Below, piece after piece: positions 1 to 9,109 of a DNA stretch of 40,446 nt (positions are counted from its first letter, which is position 1; each line of letters opens with the position of its first letter). The notes under the pieces are model-generated. The model saw nothing but the letters and a program-made list of their open reading frames with translations. It ran no database searches and was not told the DNA's origin. The position numbers were made by a program, and so were the translations under genes. The stretch comes from an uncultured Sphingomonadales bacterium (GTDB taxonomy: Bacteria; Pseudomonadota; Alphaproteobacteria; Sphingomonadales; CAKZYD01): contig CAKZYD010000399.1 in assembly GCA_937884085.1 (NCBI GenBank), positions 1 through 40,446 of the forward strand, given 5' to 3'.

Positions 1-40
1 GATCCCCCTCCTAATTCCTCCCCCACAAGGGGGGAGGACT
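1..40. repeat. GC-rich palindromic REP-like element (CCCCTC...CCTCCCCC-loop-GGGGGAGG type), possibly truncated at window start
   Basis: TCCTCCCCC (16-24) ACAAG GGGGGAGGA (30-38) is a perfect 9-bp stem preceded by CCCCCTCC; resembles intergenic repeats common in alphaproteobacteria; single copy in window. Confidence 0.55.
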
Positions 41-54
41 TGCTTGTTGCCTAG

Positions 55-1353
55 ATGAAGCAGGCCAATCCCACCTCTCGCCTGCCGCTTCTGCTCTATG
101 GCTTGCCAGGCTTGCCGCTGGCTATGCTGGTGGGGCCGATTTACGCGTTTTTGCCCAATTATCTCACGGAGACTGTCGGCCTCAGCGCCGTCGGCGTGGG
201 GCTTGCCTTATCGGCCACACGGATCTGGGATGTTGTGTCTGACCCAATAGGCGGCGTTGTCTCAGACCGTTTTGGCAGTCGGGCCGGTTGGATGATTGCT
301 GGGCTCCCGCTCTCGCTCATAGGCGTGTTCTTTCTGTTTGTTGAAGCGTGCCTTTTGTCCGTCACCAGCGCGGCGCTGGCGAGCATTGCCTTGTTCGCGG
401 GCTGGACGCTGACAAAGCTCAATCACGACGCTTGGGGCGCAGAACTCACGCGTGATTATGATGGGCGGACGCGCTATGCAAGCGCGCGCGAAGGGGCTGG
501 CCTGCTTGGGTTTCTGATTGTCGTTGTGTGGCTAGGCGCTGCGGATGCGCAGGGGCCAGCGGCGCTTTCAAGCGCGTTTGTCGCCTTGGGGTGGACGCTG
601 CTGCTCGCTTTGCCGCTGTGCTTTGGGTTGTCCCTCTTTATCCTCCCCTCTGGTGAGCGTGAGCGCTCGCCAGCGCGGTGGGCAGATATAAAAGCGCTGT
701 GGCAGGATAGGGCCCTGCGCAAACTGGCTATCGCCTTTCTTTTAAATGGCATTGCCGCCGCGCTGCCTGCGACGCTGTTTCTCGATTTTGTGGAGTACCG
801 GCTTGGCCGGGGGGATTGGGCTGGGCCGTTGCTCATCGTCTATTTCCTCTGCGGCGTTTTGGCGATTCCGGGCTGGATGGCCTTGTCCCGACGCTTTGAC
901 AAAGTCCTCGCTTGGCGCCTGTCCATGGGCTGGGCGACCGTCTTTTTTATAATCGTTCCATTTTTAAGGGCAGGCGATGAAATCTACTTCGCCATCATCT
1001 GCGTATTAACGGGCATAAGCTTAGGGGCTGACCTGGCGTTGCCAGCAGCAATCCAAGCCGACATTGTGGACACCCGGCGCGCAGCCACGGGACGCCAACA
1101 AACAGGCCTCTTATTTGCGCTCTTGGGTATGCTCACAAAGCTCGCTTATGCTTTTGGGATTTTGGCCTATCCAGTCCTGGCATTCGCAGGCTTCCGCACC
1201 GGCGGAAATGTTGGCGGCGATGCTGAAAGCCTGATGGTGCTGGGCCTCTTATATGGGGCCATACCGTGCGCGGCAAAATGCGGCGCAATCTGGGTGATGC
1301 GGGATTTCCCAATCACCCGGCGGCAACTCAGCGAGGCCCAAGCAACACTTTAG
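55..1353 (+). CDS. MFS transporter, GPH/MelB-like (MFS_2) family
   Basis: 432 aa, ~12 hydrophobic segments; motifs RIWDVVSDPIGGVVSDR, WGAELTRDYDGRTR, GADLALPAAIQADIVD, GLLFALLGMLTKLA. Confidence 0.85.
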   Translation: MKQANPTSRLPLLLYGLPGLPLAMLVGPIYAFLPNYLTETVGLSAVGVGLALSATRIWDVVSDPIGGVVSDRFGSRAGWMIAGLPLSLIGVFFLFVEACLLSVTSAALASIALFAGWTLTKLNHDAWGAELTRDYDGRTRYASAREGAGLLGFLIVVVWLGAADAQGPAALSSAFVALGWTLLLALPLCFGLSLFILPSGERERSPARWADIKALWQDRALRKLAIAFLLNGIAAALPATLFLDFVEYRLGRGDWAGPLLIVYFLCGVLAIPGWMALSRRFDKVLAWRLSMGWATVFFIIVPFLRAGDEIYFAIICVLTGISLGADLALPAAIQADIVDTRRAATGRQQTGLLFALLGMLTKLAYAFGILAYPVLAFAGFRTGGNVGGDAESLMVLGLLYGAIPCAAKCGAIWVMRDFPITRRQLSEAQATL

Positions 1354-1436
1354 CTCCAGCCGCAGATGTGGCTGGCAAATAGGAACACATGCGGCGCTTT
1401 GGAACGGAGGCGCTGGCAGGGAAAGACTGTGGTGGC

Positions 1437-1904
1437 ATGAACGTAGAATTGAAACAACCCGAAGCGCAGGCGTTATCGCCCTTCAGCTTCTTCCAAGGCA
1501 AAGTCGAGTTTTCCGGCTTTGTGCAAGACCTCACCGGAAAAGTCCGTCGTCATTACCGCGGCGACATCGCGTGTAAAACCGATGGACCAACCCTGGTGCT
1601 TGATGAATCGCTGTATTTTAATGACGGCGCGGATGAGAAGCGCGTCTGGGAGATTAGCCAGGTGGGCGATGCTCTCGAAGGCACAGCCAACGATTTGGTT
1701 GGCACCGCCAAAGTGACGCCCGTCAACAAAGATGAGATGCGCTGGACCTATGTGATGGAAATCGAAATTGGCGGCAAGCGGCGGCCTTTCGATTTTGAAG
1801 ACGTGTTTGTGCAAACGGACAGTCACACCATGGTGGCAAAGACCACCATGTCCAAATTCGGCATCCCACTGGCACGCCTTCTCTCCACCTACCGCCGCGT
1901 ATAG
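1437..1904 (+). CDS. DUF3833-family protein
   Basis: FFQGKVEFSGFVQDLTGKVRRHY, LVLDESLYFNDGADEKRVWEI, GTANDLVGTA, MSKFGIPL; start taken at ATG 1437 (ORF open from 1389); no lipoprotein signal visible. Confidence 0.75.
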   Translation: MNVELKQPEAQALSPFSFFQGKVEFSGFVQDLTGKVRRHYRGDIACKTDGPTLVLDESLYFNDGADEKRVWEISQVGDALEGTANDLVGTAKVTPVNKDEMRWTYVMEIEIGGKRRPFDFEDVFVQTDSHTMVAKTTMSKFGIPLARLLSTYRRV

Positions 1905-1905
1905 C

Positions 1906-1989
1906 CGCAGTCCTGGGCTCGACCCAGGAACTCGTTAAGCTGCCTGAGCGCTCCTTGGCGGGAGATGCTGAAGCAAGTTCAGCATTGCG
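1906..1989. repeat. 84-bp REP doublet (REPIN-like palindromic element), copy 1, between convergent genes
   Basis: CGCA-GT-CCTGGG-CTCGA-CCCAGG ... spacer ... ATGCTGAA-GCAAG-TTCAGCAT-TGCG; two hairpin units in inverted orientation; same layout and length as 27836-27919. Confidence 0.8.
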
Positions 1990-1996
1990 AGCTCGA

Positions 1997-2365
1997 CTAA
2001 GGTTTACAGGGAAAACGCGCCTGAAGCGCTGCCATAATCGCAGTCGCTACCGGCGTATCTGCCCCCTTTGGCGCGGCATCGAGCATTGCGTAAACATCCT
2101 GCATGGTGAGCGATTGTCCCCGTGGGGGACAAAACAAAGTCGCCGCGTCCGTCTTTTCGAGCCGTGTCTGCGCGCTGCCAATGGCTGCCATAGCGCCTTC
2201 TAAATAGAACGTCAGCCCGGTCCATTGAGCGCGGGCGCCAAAATCCCCTGTTCGCACGCTTTTTTTCAGCGCAGCAAAATCATCAACGGTGGGAGACGCA
2301 GCCTGCGCGGCATTGAGGCTACAGGCCAATCCAATCGCTGAATAGAGAGACAATTTGAGGCTCAT
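1997..2365 (-). CDS. Secreted protein, Rap1a/Tai immunity-like family
   Basis: Signal peptide ending AAQA-A; FYLEGAM, LFCPP and terminal AALQARFPC match the Rap1a-like pattern; RBS AAGGA upstream. Confidence 0.6.
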   Translation of the reverse strand: MSLKLSLYSAIGLACSLNAAQAASPTVDDFAALKKSVRTGDFGARAQWTGLTFYLEGAMAAIGSAQTRLEKTDAATLFCPPRGQSLTMQDVYAMLDAAPKGADTPVATAIMAALQARFPCKP

Positions 2366-2368
2366 AAG

Positions 2369-2429
2369 ATTCGTCCTTGAAATTCATAATTTAAAGTAAT
2401 ACTTTAATTTTTATATCGCAAGGACGAAT
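2369..2429. promoter_or_regulatory. Palindromic bidirectional sigma-70 promoter/operator
   Basis: Dyad centre 2399; TTAAAGTA-A-TACTTTAA core; 11-bp perfect arms ATTCGTCCTTG (2369-2379)/CAAGGACGAAT (2419-2429); TTGAAA-N17-TACTTT on + and TTGCGA-N17-TACTTT on -. Confidence 0.7.
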
Positions 2430-2433
2430 TTAT

Positions 2434-2958
2434 ATGATGAATCCCTATCCTGTGTCTCGCATGGCGCATACCCTCACGATTTTGGCGCGCATGGCTGCGG
2501 TCGCAATGCCTGTCATTGCTGCTCTGATCTGGTTTTTCTGGGATGATTTGGCACCACTTGCTGGCACGGGCCTTGATGTCACCGCCCTCGATACAACGGG
2601 CCGGCTTCTTGGTTTTCTCCTCTCGCTCGTCGGCGCGCTGATCCAGTCCTATGGCTTGCTGGGGCTTGCGAAGACCTTTCAGGAGGGCGCGCGGGGGGAT
2701 GCGCTCTCGCAAACGGCCGTGGCTGGGTTTCGGCGCTTTGCCTGGACGGTTCTCTTGCTCGTCCCTGTGCGGGCTCTGACCTACACGCTCACTGTCCTCC
2801 TCGTCACCATGCGCGATGCTATACCTGGCAATCAGCTGGCCATCAAAGTGGGGACACCTGAATTGAGCGGTCTCTTCATGGGCCTCATTCTGGTCTTCCT
2901 GGCGCACGTCTTTGCTGAGGGCCACGCTGCCCAAGAAGAAAACAAGGCGTTTTTGTAA
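2434..2958 (+). CDS. DUF2975-domain membrane protein
   Basis: 174 aa, 4 TM segments, C-terminal LAHVFAEGHAAQEENKAFL; directly followed by the usual XRE partner. Confidence 0.85.
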   Translation: MMNPYPVSRMAHTLTILARMAAVAMPVIAALIWFFWDDLAPLAGTGLDVTALDTTGRLLGFLLSLVGALIQSYGLLGLAKTFQEGARGDALSQTAVAGFRRFAWTVLLLVPVRALTYTLTVLLVTMRDAIPGNQLAIKVGTPELSGLFMGLILVFLAHVFAEGHAAQEENKAFL

Positions 2959-3186
2959 GTGCCCATCATCGTGAATTTGGATGTGATGCTGGCGCGGCGA
3001 AAGATGCGACTGAAGACCCTAGCGGCTGCTATTGGTGTCACCGAGCAGGCGCTCTCGGCCATCAAGACCAACAAGGTCAGAGGCGTGCGCTTTGAGACGC
3101 TGGAGAAGATGTGCCGCGTTTTAGACTGCCAGCCTGGCGACCTCTTGGAATATAGCCCACCAGCAGAGGATACTGAGCATGACTAG
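2959..3186 (+). CDS. XRE/Cro-C1 helix-turn-helix regulator (YozG-like, HTH_26)
   Basis: MPIIVNLDVMLARRKM...LSAIKTNKVRGVRFETLEKMCRVLDCQPGDLLEY; GTG start abuts the DUF2975 stop. Confidence 0.92.
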   Translation: MPIIVNLDVMLARRKMRLKTLAAAIGVTEQALSAIKTNKVRGVRFETLEKMCRVLDCQPGDLLEYSPPAEDTEHD

Positions 3187-3391
3187 GCTCGCCTTTATCG
3201 TCATGCTGTTCCTGACCAGCTGCACGCATGACAGGTTCGTTGAAGGCGGCAAGCGTTGGCGCGACGGCATTTGCCAGCAGAAATACGGCAGAGACTGCCT
3301 CGACCCGGGCCGACCTCGGCGCGGCCCGCCAAACCATAATGACCCGCTTGAGGATTTAAGTGAGACCCGGGACCATGACTTTCGGGTGTGA
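3179..3391 (+). CDS. Small hypothetical lipoprotein
   Basis: 70 aa; hydrophobic N-terminus with lipobox LTSC; GAGGA RBS; start overlaps the XRE gene end; two further Cys. Confidence 0.5.
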   Translation: MTRLAFIVMLFLTSCTHDRFVEGGKRWRDGICQQKYGRDCLDPGRPRRGPPNHNDPLEDLSETRDHDFRV

Positions 3392-3523
3392 TCAAATCTG
3401 TCCTACAGGCCTTCGCGTCGATATACTGCAAAGATCTGCCATTGCTTTGCCAGCCGCTCTTTGACCCGTATGATCCTGCCTTTATAAACCAGGTGTGACT
3501 TTTGTGACTTTTGAAACTGGCGC

Positions 3524-4540
3524 CTAACCCGGCGTTACGAATCCAGTCAGCGCTTTCACCTCGGCAATCACAGGCGCTGCGATGGCTGCAGCCCGCTCCG
3601 CGCCGTTGTCGAGGACGGTTTGGAGGTACGTCTCGTCCTCCGCCAAGGCTGCCATCTTCTCTGTGATGGGGGACAGCTTAGCAACCGCGACATCGCTCAA
3701 GGATTGCTTGAAGTCCGCAAAGCCTTTGCCGCCAAAGTCGCGCAAGACGACTTCCTGGGAGGTGCCATTCAGCGCGGCCATGATATCCACCAGATTGCGG
3801 GCTTCCGCCCGGCCTTCCAGGCCCGCTGGCTCGCTTGGCAAGTCCTCGGCATCGGTGCGGGCTTTGCGGATTTTGCGGGCGATGGTGTCCGCATCATCGG
3901 TCAGATTGATGCGCGATAAGTCCGACGGGTCTGACTTGGACATTTTCGCCGTGCCATCGCGCAGCGACATGATGCGTGCACCTTCTTCTTGGATGAGCGG
4001 CTCAGTGATCGGGAAGATGTCTGCATCATAGTCGTGATTAAACTTCTCAGCGATATCGCGCGTGAGTTCGAGATGTTGCTTCTGGTCTTCGCCGACCGGC
4101 ACATGGGTTGCCTTATAGGCCAGAATGTCGGCCGCCATCAGGGCTGGATACGTATAGAGGCCGACGGAGGCGCGCTGCTTATTCTTGCCTGCCTTGTCTT
4201 TGAACTGGGTCATCCGGTCCATCCAGCCGATGCGGGCGACGCAGCTGAAAATCCAGGCCAGCTCAGCATGGGCCGCGACTTGGCTTTGGTTGAAGAGGAT
4301 TGATGTTTCTGGGTCGATGCCTGCCGCTATAAGCGCTGCCGCGCCTTCAAAGGTTGCCTTCTTCAGCGCGGCTGGCTCCTGCCATACGGTGATGGCGTGC
4401 ATGTCAACCAGGCAATAGATGCATTCATAGCCATCCTGCAGCGCCACCCAGTTGCGAATCGCACCCAGATAATTGCCCAGATGCAGTTGGCCCGACGGCT
4501 GAACGCCGGAAAACACGCGATTGGTTGGCTGTGATGACAT
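3524..4540 (-). CDS. trpS: Tryptophan--tRNA ligase
   Basis: [17 protein letters not shown] (HIGH-like), [18 protein letters not shown]. Confidence 0.98.
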   Translation of the reverse strand: MSSQPTNRVFSGVQPSGQLHLGNYLGAIRNWVALQDGYECIYCLVDMHAITVWQEPAALKKATFEGAAALIAAGIDPETSILFNQSQVAAHAELAWIFSCVARIGWMDRMTQFKDKAGKNKQRASVGLYTYPALMAADILAYKATHVPVGEDQKQHLELTRDIAEKFNHDYDADIFPITEPLIQEEGARIMSLRDGTAKMSKSDPSDLSRINLTDDADTIARKIRKARTDAEDLPSEPAGLEGRAEARNLVDIMAALNGTSQEVVLRDFGGKGFADFKQSLSDVAVAKLSPITEKMAALAEDETYLQTVLDNGAERAAAIAAPVIAEVKALTGFVTPG

Positions 4541-4605
4541 GCTGATGACCCGCTAGACGCGCCGCTCCCATAAGGGCGCGCAGGTGCCATGGGCGCTCGC
4601 TGATG

Positions 4606-6156
4606 TCAACTCCGCCGCATCAGAGCGCCGCGCACACGGTTTGGGTGAAAAGCCCCAAAAGCGATCCCAGCGGCCAGATAGAGCGCCATGCCGAGGGCCA
4701 CGACACCGATTAAGCTGGGCAAGGCAATCCAGGGCGTGCTTTGCAGCGGCGTGGCCATGAAATGTGTTAAACCCATCAAGCCAGCGGCCATCGCCCCAGC
4801 GGCGAGAACCATCCGCAGCACGCGCGTTGCAACCTGCAGGTCAAGGGCAAAGTGACCACGGCGCTTCAGCCCAATCCATAAACTCAGCGCGTTGACCCAG
4901 GCCGCCACCGCCGTGGCAAGGGCGAGGCCAGCATGGCCAAGTGGGCCCATTAACGCAATGCCAGCTGCGGTATTCAGCAACAGGCAGAAGAGAGAAATTC
5001 GGACCGGTGTTTTGGTGTCGCCGCGGGCGAAGAACCCCGGCGTGAATACCTTGATGAGCATATAGGCTGGCAGACCGCTGGCATAAGCGAGCAGCGCACG
5101 CACTGTTGCGGCCGTATCCTCTGGCCGGAAGGCGCCATGTTCGAACAAGATGCGGATGAAGATATCCGGCACCGTCATCAACGCAATCATGGCAGGCAGT
5201 GTGATCACCAGCACCATTTCTAGGCTCAGGTTTAGGAGCCGTTGGCCTTCTTGGCTTTGGCCCAGGCTCAAGGCACGTGATAGCGAGGGGAGGAGCGCGG
5301 TGCCGACGGCCACGCCAATCACGCCAATCGGCAATTGGACCAACCGGTCTCCATAGTAGAGTTAAGAAATAGTCCCCTCCGTCAGAAAACGTGTCGCCAA
5401 AAGAACATCGATTAGCAGATTAATCTGGACCGCGCCGGCACCGATGGCCGCTGGCGCCATTGCTTTCAACATGGCAACCAGGTTGGGCGATAGACTTGGT
5501 CTTGGCAGGCGGAGTTCGATGCCGGCTTTTGAGAGGGTCCGCAGCAACAAGAGCATTTGCAAGACCCCGGCGATGGATACTGCCGCGGCAAGCGCCTGGG
5601 CGACAGCTCTTGGTGGCTCCGGTGAGAGCAGCATGGCAAGGATCAAACAGACATTCAGCACAATGGGGACGGCGGCAGCCGCTGCAAACCGGCCAAGGCC
5701 GTTAAGAACGCCCGACAGGAGGGAGACCAAGGAGATGAGGGCCAGGAAGGGAAAGGTGAGCCGGCTTAGCTCGATGGCCAGGGCCAGTTTCTCTGGATCG
5801 CCATCTTTAAAGCCGCCAGTCAGCCCCCAGACCACGGCTGGCATGAAGATTTCAACAAGCGCGATAAAGCCGATCAAGACGGGCAGGAAGATAGATAAAA
5901 CCCGCTGCGCAAAATGCCTGCCTGCTTCTGCATCGCGGGCATAGATCGCTGAAAAATAAGGAACGAACGCAGCGGAAAAGGCGCCCTCGGCAAAGAGGCG
6001 GCGAAAAAAGTTCGGAAGCTTGAAGGCGACAAAAAAAGCGTCAGCTGCTGGTCCGGCGCCGAGCGTTAACGCCATCAGCCAATCGCGGGCAAAGCCGGCG
6101 ACGCGGCTAAGCATGGTCATCGCGCCAACAGTGACTGCAGAACGGGCTAGGTTCAT
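4606..6156 (-). pseudogene. murJ: Lipid II flippase MurJ (MviN) interrupted by one in-frame TAA at 5362-5364; probably an intact gene with a base-call error
   Basis: ORFs 5362-6156 and 4606-5343 share a frame; TMLSRVAGFARD, AFKLPNFFRRLFAEGAFSAAFVP, then GTIS*LYYGDRLVQLPIG; 516 codons plus stop if read through. Confidence 0.9.
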
Positions 6157-6164
6157 GCGCGGCG

Positions 6165-8924
6165 TTAGGCGGCTTTAGCCGCAAGCTCCACAGCTTCGAG
6201 GGCGTCCAAAATGCGCCGTTCCAGAGCTCGGATGCGGTTTCGGTTGGTTACCTTTTGGCCAAGAAGGTCGGTGACATAAAACACATCAACGGCCCTTTCG
6301 CCATAGGTTGCCGCGTGGGCCGAATGGACGGTGATTTTTGAATGGAAGAGGACGCGCGTCACTCTGAACAGGAGGGCTGGTCGGTCGAGCGCATTGACTT
6401 CTATCACAGTAAACCGGTTGGACGCGGCGTTATCGATCAGGACAACCGGTTCTATATTAAAGTTCTCGACCTTTGACCCCAGCATAATGGGCCTTGCCAG
6501 CATATCTTTGAGGTGGAGTTTGCCAAGCAGCGCGCTGATGACCCGGGTTCTGGCTCTTGCTAATCGAGCTTCGTCGTCAAACGGCTTGCCGTCCGGCGTT
6601 TGCAGCATGAAGTTGTCAAGCGCCATACCATCGTTCGTTGTATGGATTTTGGCCCCAGCAATCGTCGCGCCGGACAAACACAGCGCACCGGCAATGCGAT
6701 AGAAAATTCCAGGATGATCTGGCGCATAGACTGTGAAAAACGTCACGCCCTCAGCTTCGCGGGCAGCCCATTTGCACTCAATCTTCGTGTCGCTGGCATC
6801 GACACCCTGCATTAGGAGCGCGTTTGAGACGATCAAATCATCTGGCTCTGAGAGCCAATAGGCGTCATCAAGCCGTGCATCGAACGTCTCAAAGGCAGCG
6901 TCATCCCATTGGCTAAGGCGCGCGCGAATCTCCCTTTTTCTTGCAGCCAAGCGCGCTTGTCGGTCAAAGGAGACATGGCCGGCGACGATTTGCTCCTGCG
7001 CACTTTCATATAAGTCGCTGAGCAGCTGGGCTTTCCATCCATTCCAAATCCGCGGGCCGACTGCACGGATATCCACCACCGTCAAAACCACCATGAGCCG
7101 CAAACGCTCAGGGCTTTTTACCTCTGCGACGAAATCGCTCACGGTTTTGGGGTCGGCCAAGTCGCGTTTGAAGGCAAAATGGCTCATGAGCAGGTGATAG
7201 CGGACCAGCCAGGCAACGGTCTCGGTCTCTGCCGGTGACATCCCAAGCCTTGGGCACAGTTTCAGAGCAATCTCGCTGCCAAGGATCGAATGATTGCCGC
7301 CGCGCCCTTTGGCAATGTCATGGAGCAATACCGAGACATAGAGCGCTCGCCGCATATTCACTTTGTGAATGACCCGTGATGAGATGGGATGGTCTTCTAC
7401 AAGCTCCCCGCGCTCAATTTGCGACAACAGGCCAATGGCGCGGATAGTATGTTCATCGACAGTATAGTGATGATACATGTCAAACTGCATCTGACCGACG
7501 ATCTTGCCAAAGTCCGGTACAAATCGACCGAAAATGCCGGTCTCATTCATGCGCCTGAGAACGCGTTCCGGGTCGGTTCGAGATGTCAAACAGTGTAAGA
7601 AGGCAGCGTTCGCCCTTGGGTTTTTGCGCAGCTTTGCGTCAACCTTCTTGTGCTCCCGCCTTAAGATGCGCAGCGTATCTGGGTGGATGTCGCGCTGCGT
7701 CTTGTCCATGCCCTCAAAGATGGTCAGAAGCCGCGCCGGATTTTCCGCAAAATAGTCGGCATTTGGAGCGCGCAGCCAGTTGTCGTCGACGCTAAGGCCG
7801 TCAAGATCAGCCTTCCGCCGGCGAATCCGTGGCAAACGGATAAGCGGCTTCTTGCGATGCGTTTGGGCAAGATGGGCAATGAAGATATGCGTGAGATCGC
7901 CCACGCGCTTAGCGATCAAGAAATAATGCTTCATGAACCGCTCGACACCGGAAAGCCCCGCCCGGCTTTCTGTATAATGTAGTGCCGTAGCGAGCTCTTG
8001 CTGAATGCTGAAGGTCAGTCGCTCCTCAGCCCGACCAGTTAAATAGTGCAAGTGGCACCGCACATTCCACAGGAAGGTCTCGGCATGTCGGAAGCTGCGA
8101 TATTCCTCGGCGGTGAAAACGCCTTGTGGGACGAGTTCTTTGATTTCTTGCACGCCATAGACGTATTTGGCGATCCAGTAGAGGGTTTGCAGATCTCTCA
8201 GGCCGCCCTTACCTTCTTTGATGTTAGGTTCGACTAAGAAACGACTGTCACCCATCCGGCGATGGCGCGTTTCGCGTTCAGCAAGTTTTTGCTCAATGAA
8301 ATTGGCTTTGCTTGGCGCCACGATTGTGTCTTCGAAACGGGTCTTTGTGGCTTCAAATGTCTGCTTGTCTCCACGCAAAAGCCGCGCTTCCAAAAAGGCA
8401 GTGCGAATCGTTAGATCCTCCCGCGCCATGGCCAGCATTTCTGATTTTGAGCGTGTTGCATGACCTACCTTCAGGCCGATGTCCCACAAGAAGTACAACA
8501 GATGCTCGACCGTCGTTTCTGCCCACGGCGTGCGCTTGTAGGGCGTCAGAAATAGCAGATCGACATCCGAGAAAGGCGCCATCTCCTTGCGGCCGTAGCC
8601 TCCGACAGCCACAATCGCCAGGCGCTCAGCTTCGGTCGGATTGCTGAGCGGTGCGAGATAGGTGGTGATCATATCCCAGGCCAGGGAAATGATCTCATCC
8701 ATCAAATAGCTGTGGGTCCGCATCAAGGTCCGGCCATTGGTCTCTGGCCGCTGAGCCCAGCTACGGATCGCGGTTTGGCCGGCGAGATGCGCCTCTTTCA
8801 GCGTCTCTAATATCGCCGAACGCAGTCCGTCCGGCGAAACACTGCTGGCTTTTTCGTCAAGCTCCAGGCGCAGCCGGCGCCGGTCGATAACGTCTTTTTT
8901 GCGCAAAGTGGCGTATGCATTCAT
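6165..8924 (-). CDS. glnD: [Protein-PII] uridylyltransferase / uridylyl-removing enzyme
   Basis: AVGGYGRKEMAPFSDVDLLFL, EPNIKEGKGGLRDL, YHHYTVDEH, LLHDIAKG, two C-terminal ACT domains; start at ATG 8924 (ORF open from 8948). Confidence 0.98.
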   Translation of the reverse strand: MNAYATLRKKDVIDRRRLRLELDEKASSVSPDGLRSAILETLKEAHLAGQTAIRSWAQRPETNGRTLMRTHSYLMDEIISLAWDMITTYLAPLSNPTEAERLAIVAVGGYGRKEMAPFSDVDLLFLTPYKRTPWAETTVEHLLYFLWDIGLKVGHATRSKSEMLAMAREDLTIRTAFLEARLLRGDKQTFEATKTRFEDTIVAPSKANFIEQKLAERETRHRRMGDSRFLVEPNIKEGKGGLRDLQTLYWIAKYVYGVQEIKELVPQGVFTAEEYRSFRHAETFLWNVRCHLHYLTGRAEERLTFSIQQELATALHYTESRAGLSGVERFMKHYFLIAKRVGDLTHIFIAHLAQTHRKKPLIRLPRIRRRKADLDGLSVDDNWLRAPNADYFAENPARLLTIFEGMDKTQRDIHPDTLRILRREHKKVDAKLRKNPRANAAFLHCLTSRTDPERVLRRMNETGIFGRFVPDFGKIVGQMQFDMYHHYTVDEHTIRAIGLLSQIERGELVEDHPISSRVIHKVNMRRALYVSVLLHDIAKGRGGNHSILGSEIALKLCPRLGMSPAETETVAWLVRYHLLMSHFAFKRDLADPKTVSDFVAEVKSPERLRLMVVLTVVDIRAVGPRIWNGWKAQLLSDLYESAQEQIVAGHVSFDRQARLAARKREIRARLSQWDDAAFETFDARLDDAYWLSEPDDLIVSNALLMQGVDASDTKIECKWAAREAEGVTFFTVYAPDHPGIFYRIAGALCLSGATIAGAKIHTTNDGMALDNFMLQTPDGKPFDDEARLARARTRVISALLGKLHLKDMLARPIMLGSKVENFNIEPVVLIDNAASNRFTVIEVNALDRPALLFRVTRVLFHSKITVHSAHAATYGERAVDVFYVTDLLGQKVTNRNRIRALERRILDALEAVELAAKAA

Positions 8925-9109
8925 GCTGCTATCTTTAAGCGAATTCACTGGCTTAAGCCAGTCTTGTCCAAGAGGCTTATCGCCTCGCTCTTAATTGTTT
9001 CTAGCGGTGAAAAACTTTGTTTTGTCCGCTTAAGGTGGCTGGACTCTCACAAAGCCTGTGGCATCATGCCGACCCTAGCCCACAGCATTTTTTCAAAAGG
9101 AAGATATTC

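Noticed and set aside
3315-3335. RRGPP (RAPP-like) in the small lipoprotein
   Set aside because: Lies 19 residues before the stop and no co-oriented gene follows (trpS converges), so there is no evident target; probably a chance Pro/Arg-rich stretch
3494-3511. GTCAC repeats as a Pho box
   Set aside because: Period is 9 bp rather than 11 and the site lies between convergent genes
5362-5364. Stop-codon reassignment or programmed readthrough
   Set aside because: TAA terminates other genes here normally (e.g. yceI, DUF2975, rdgB) and only one internal case exists
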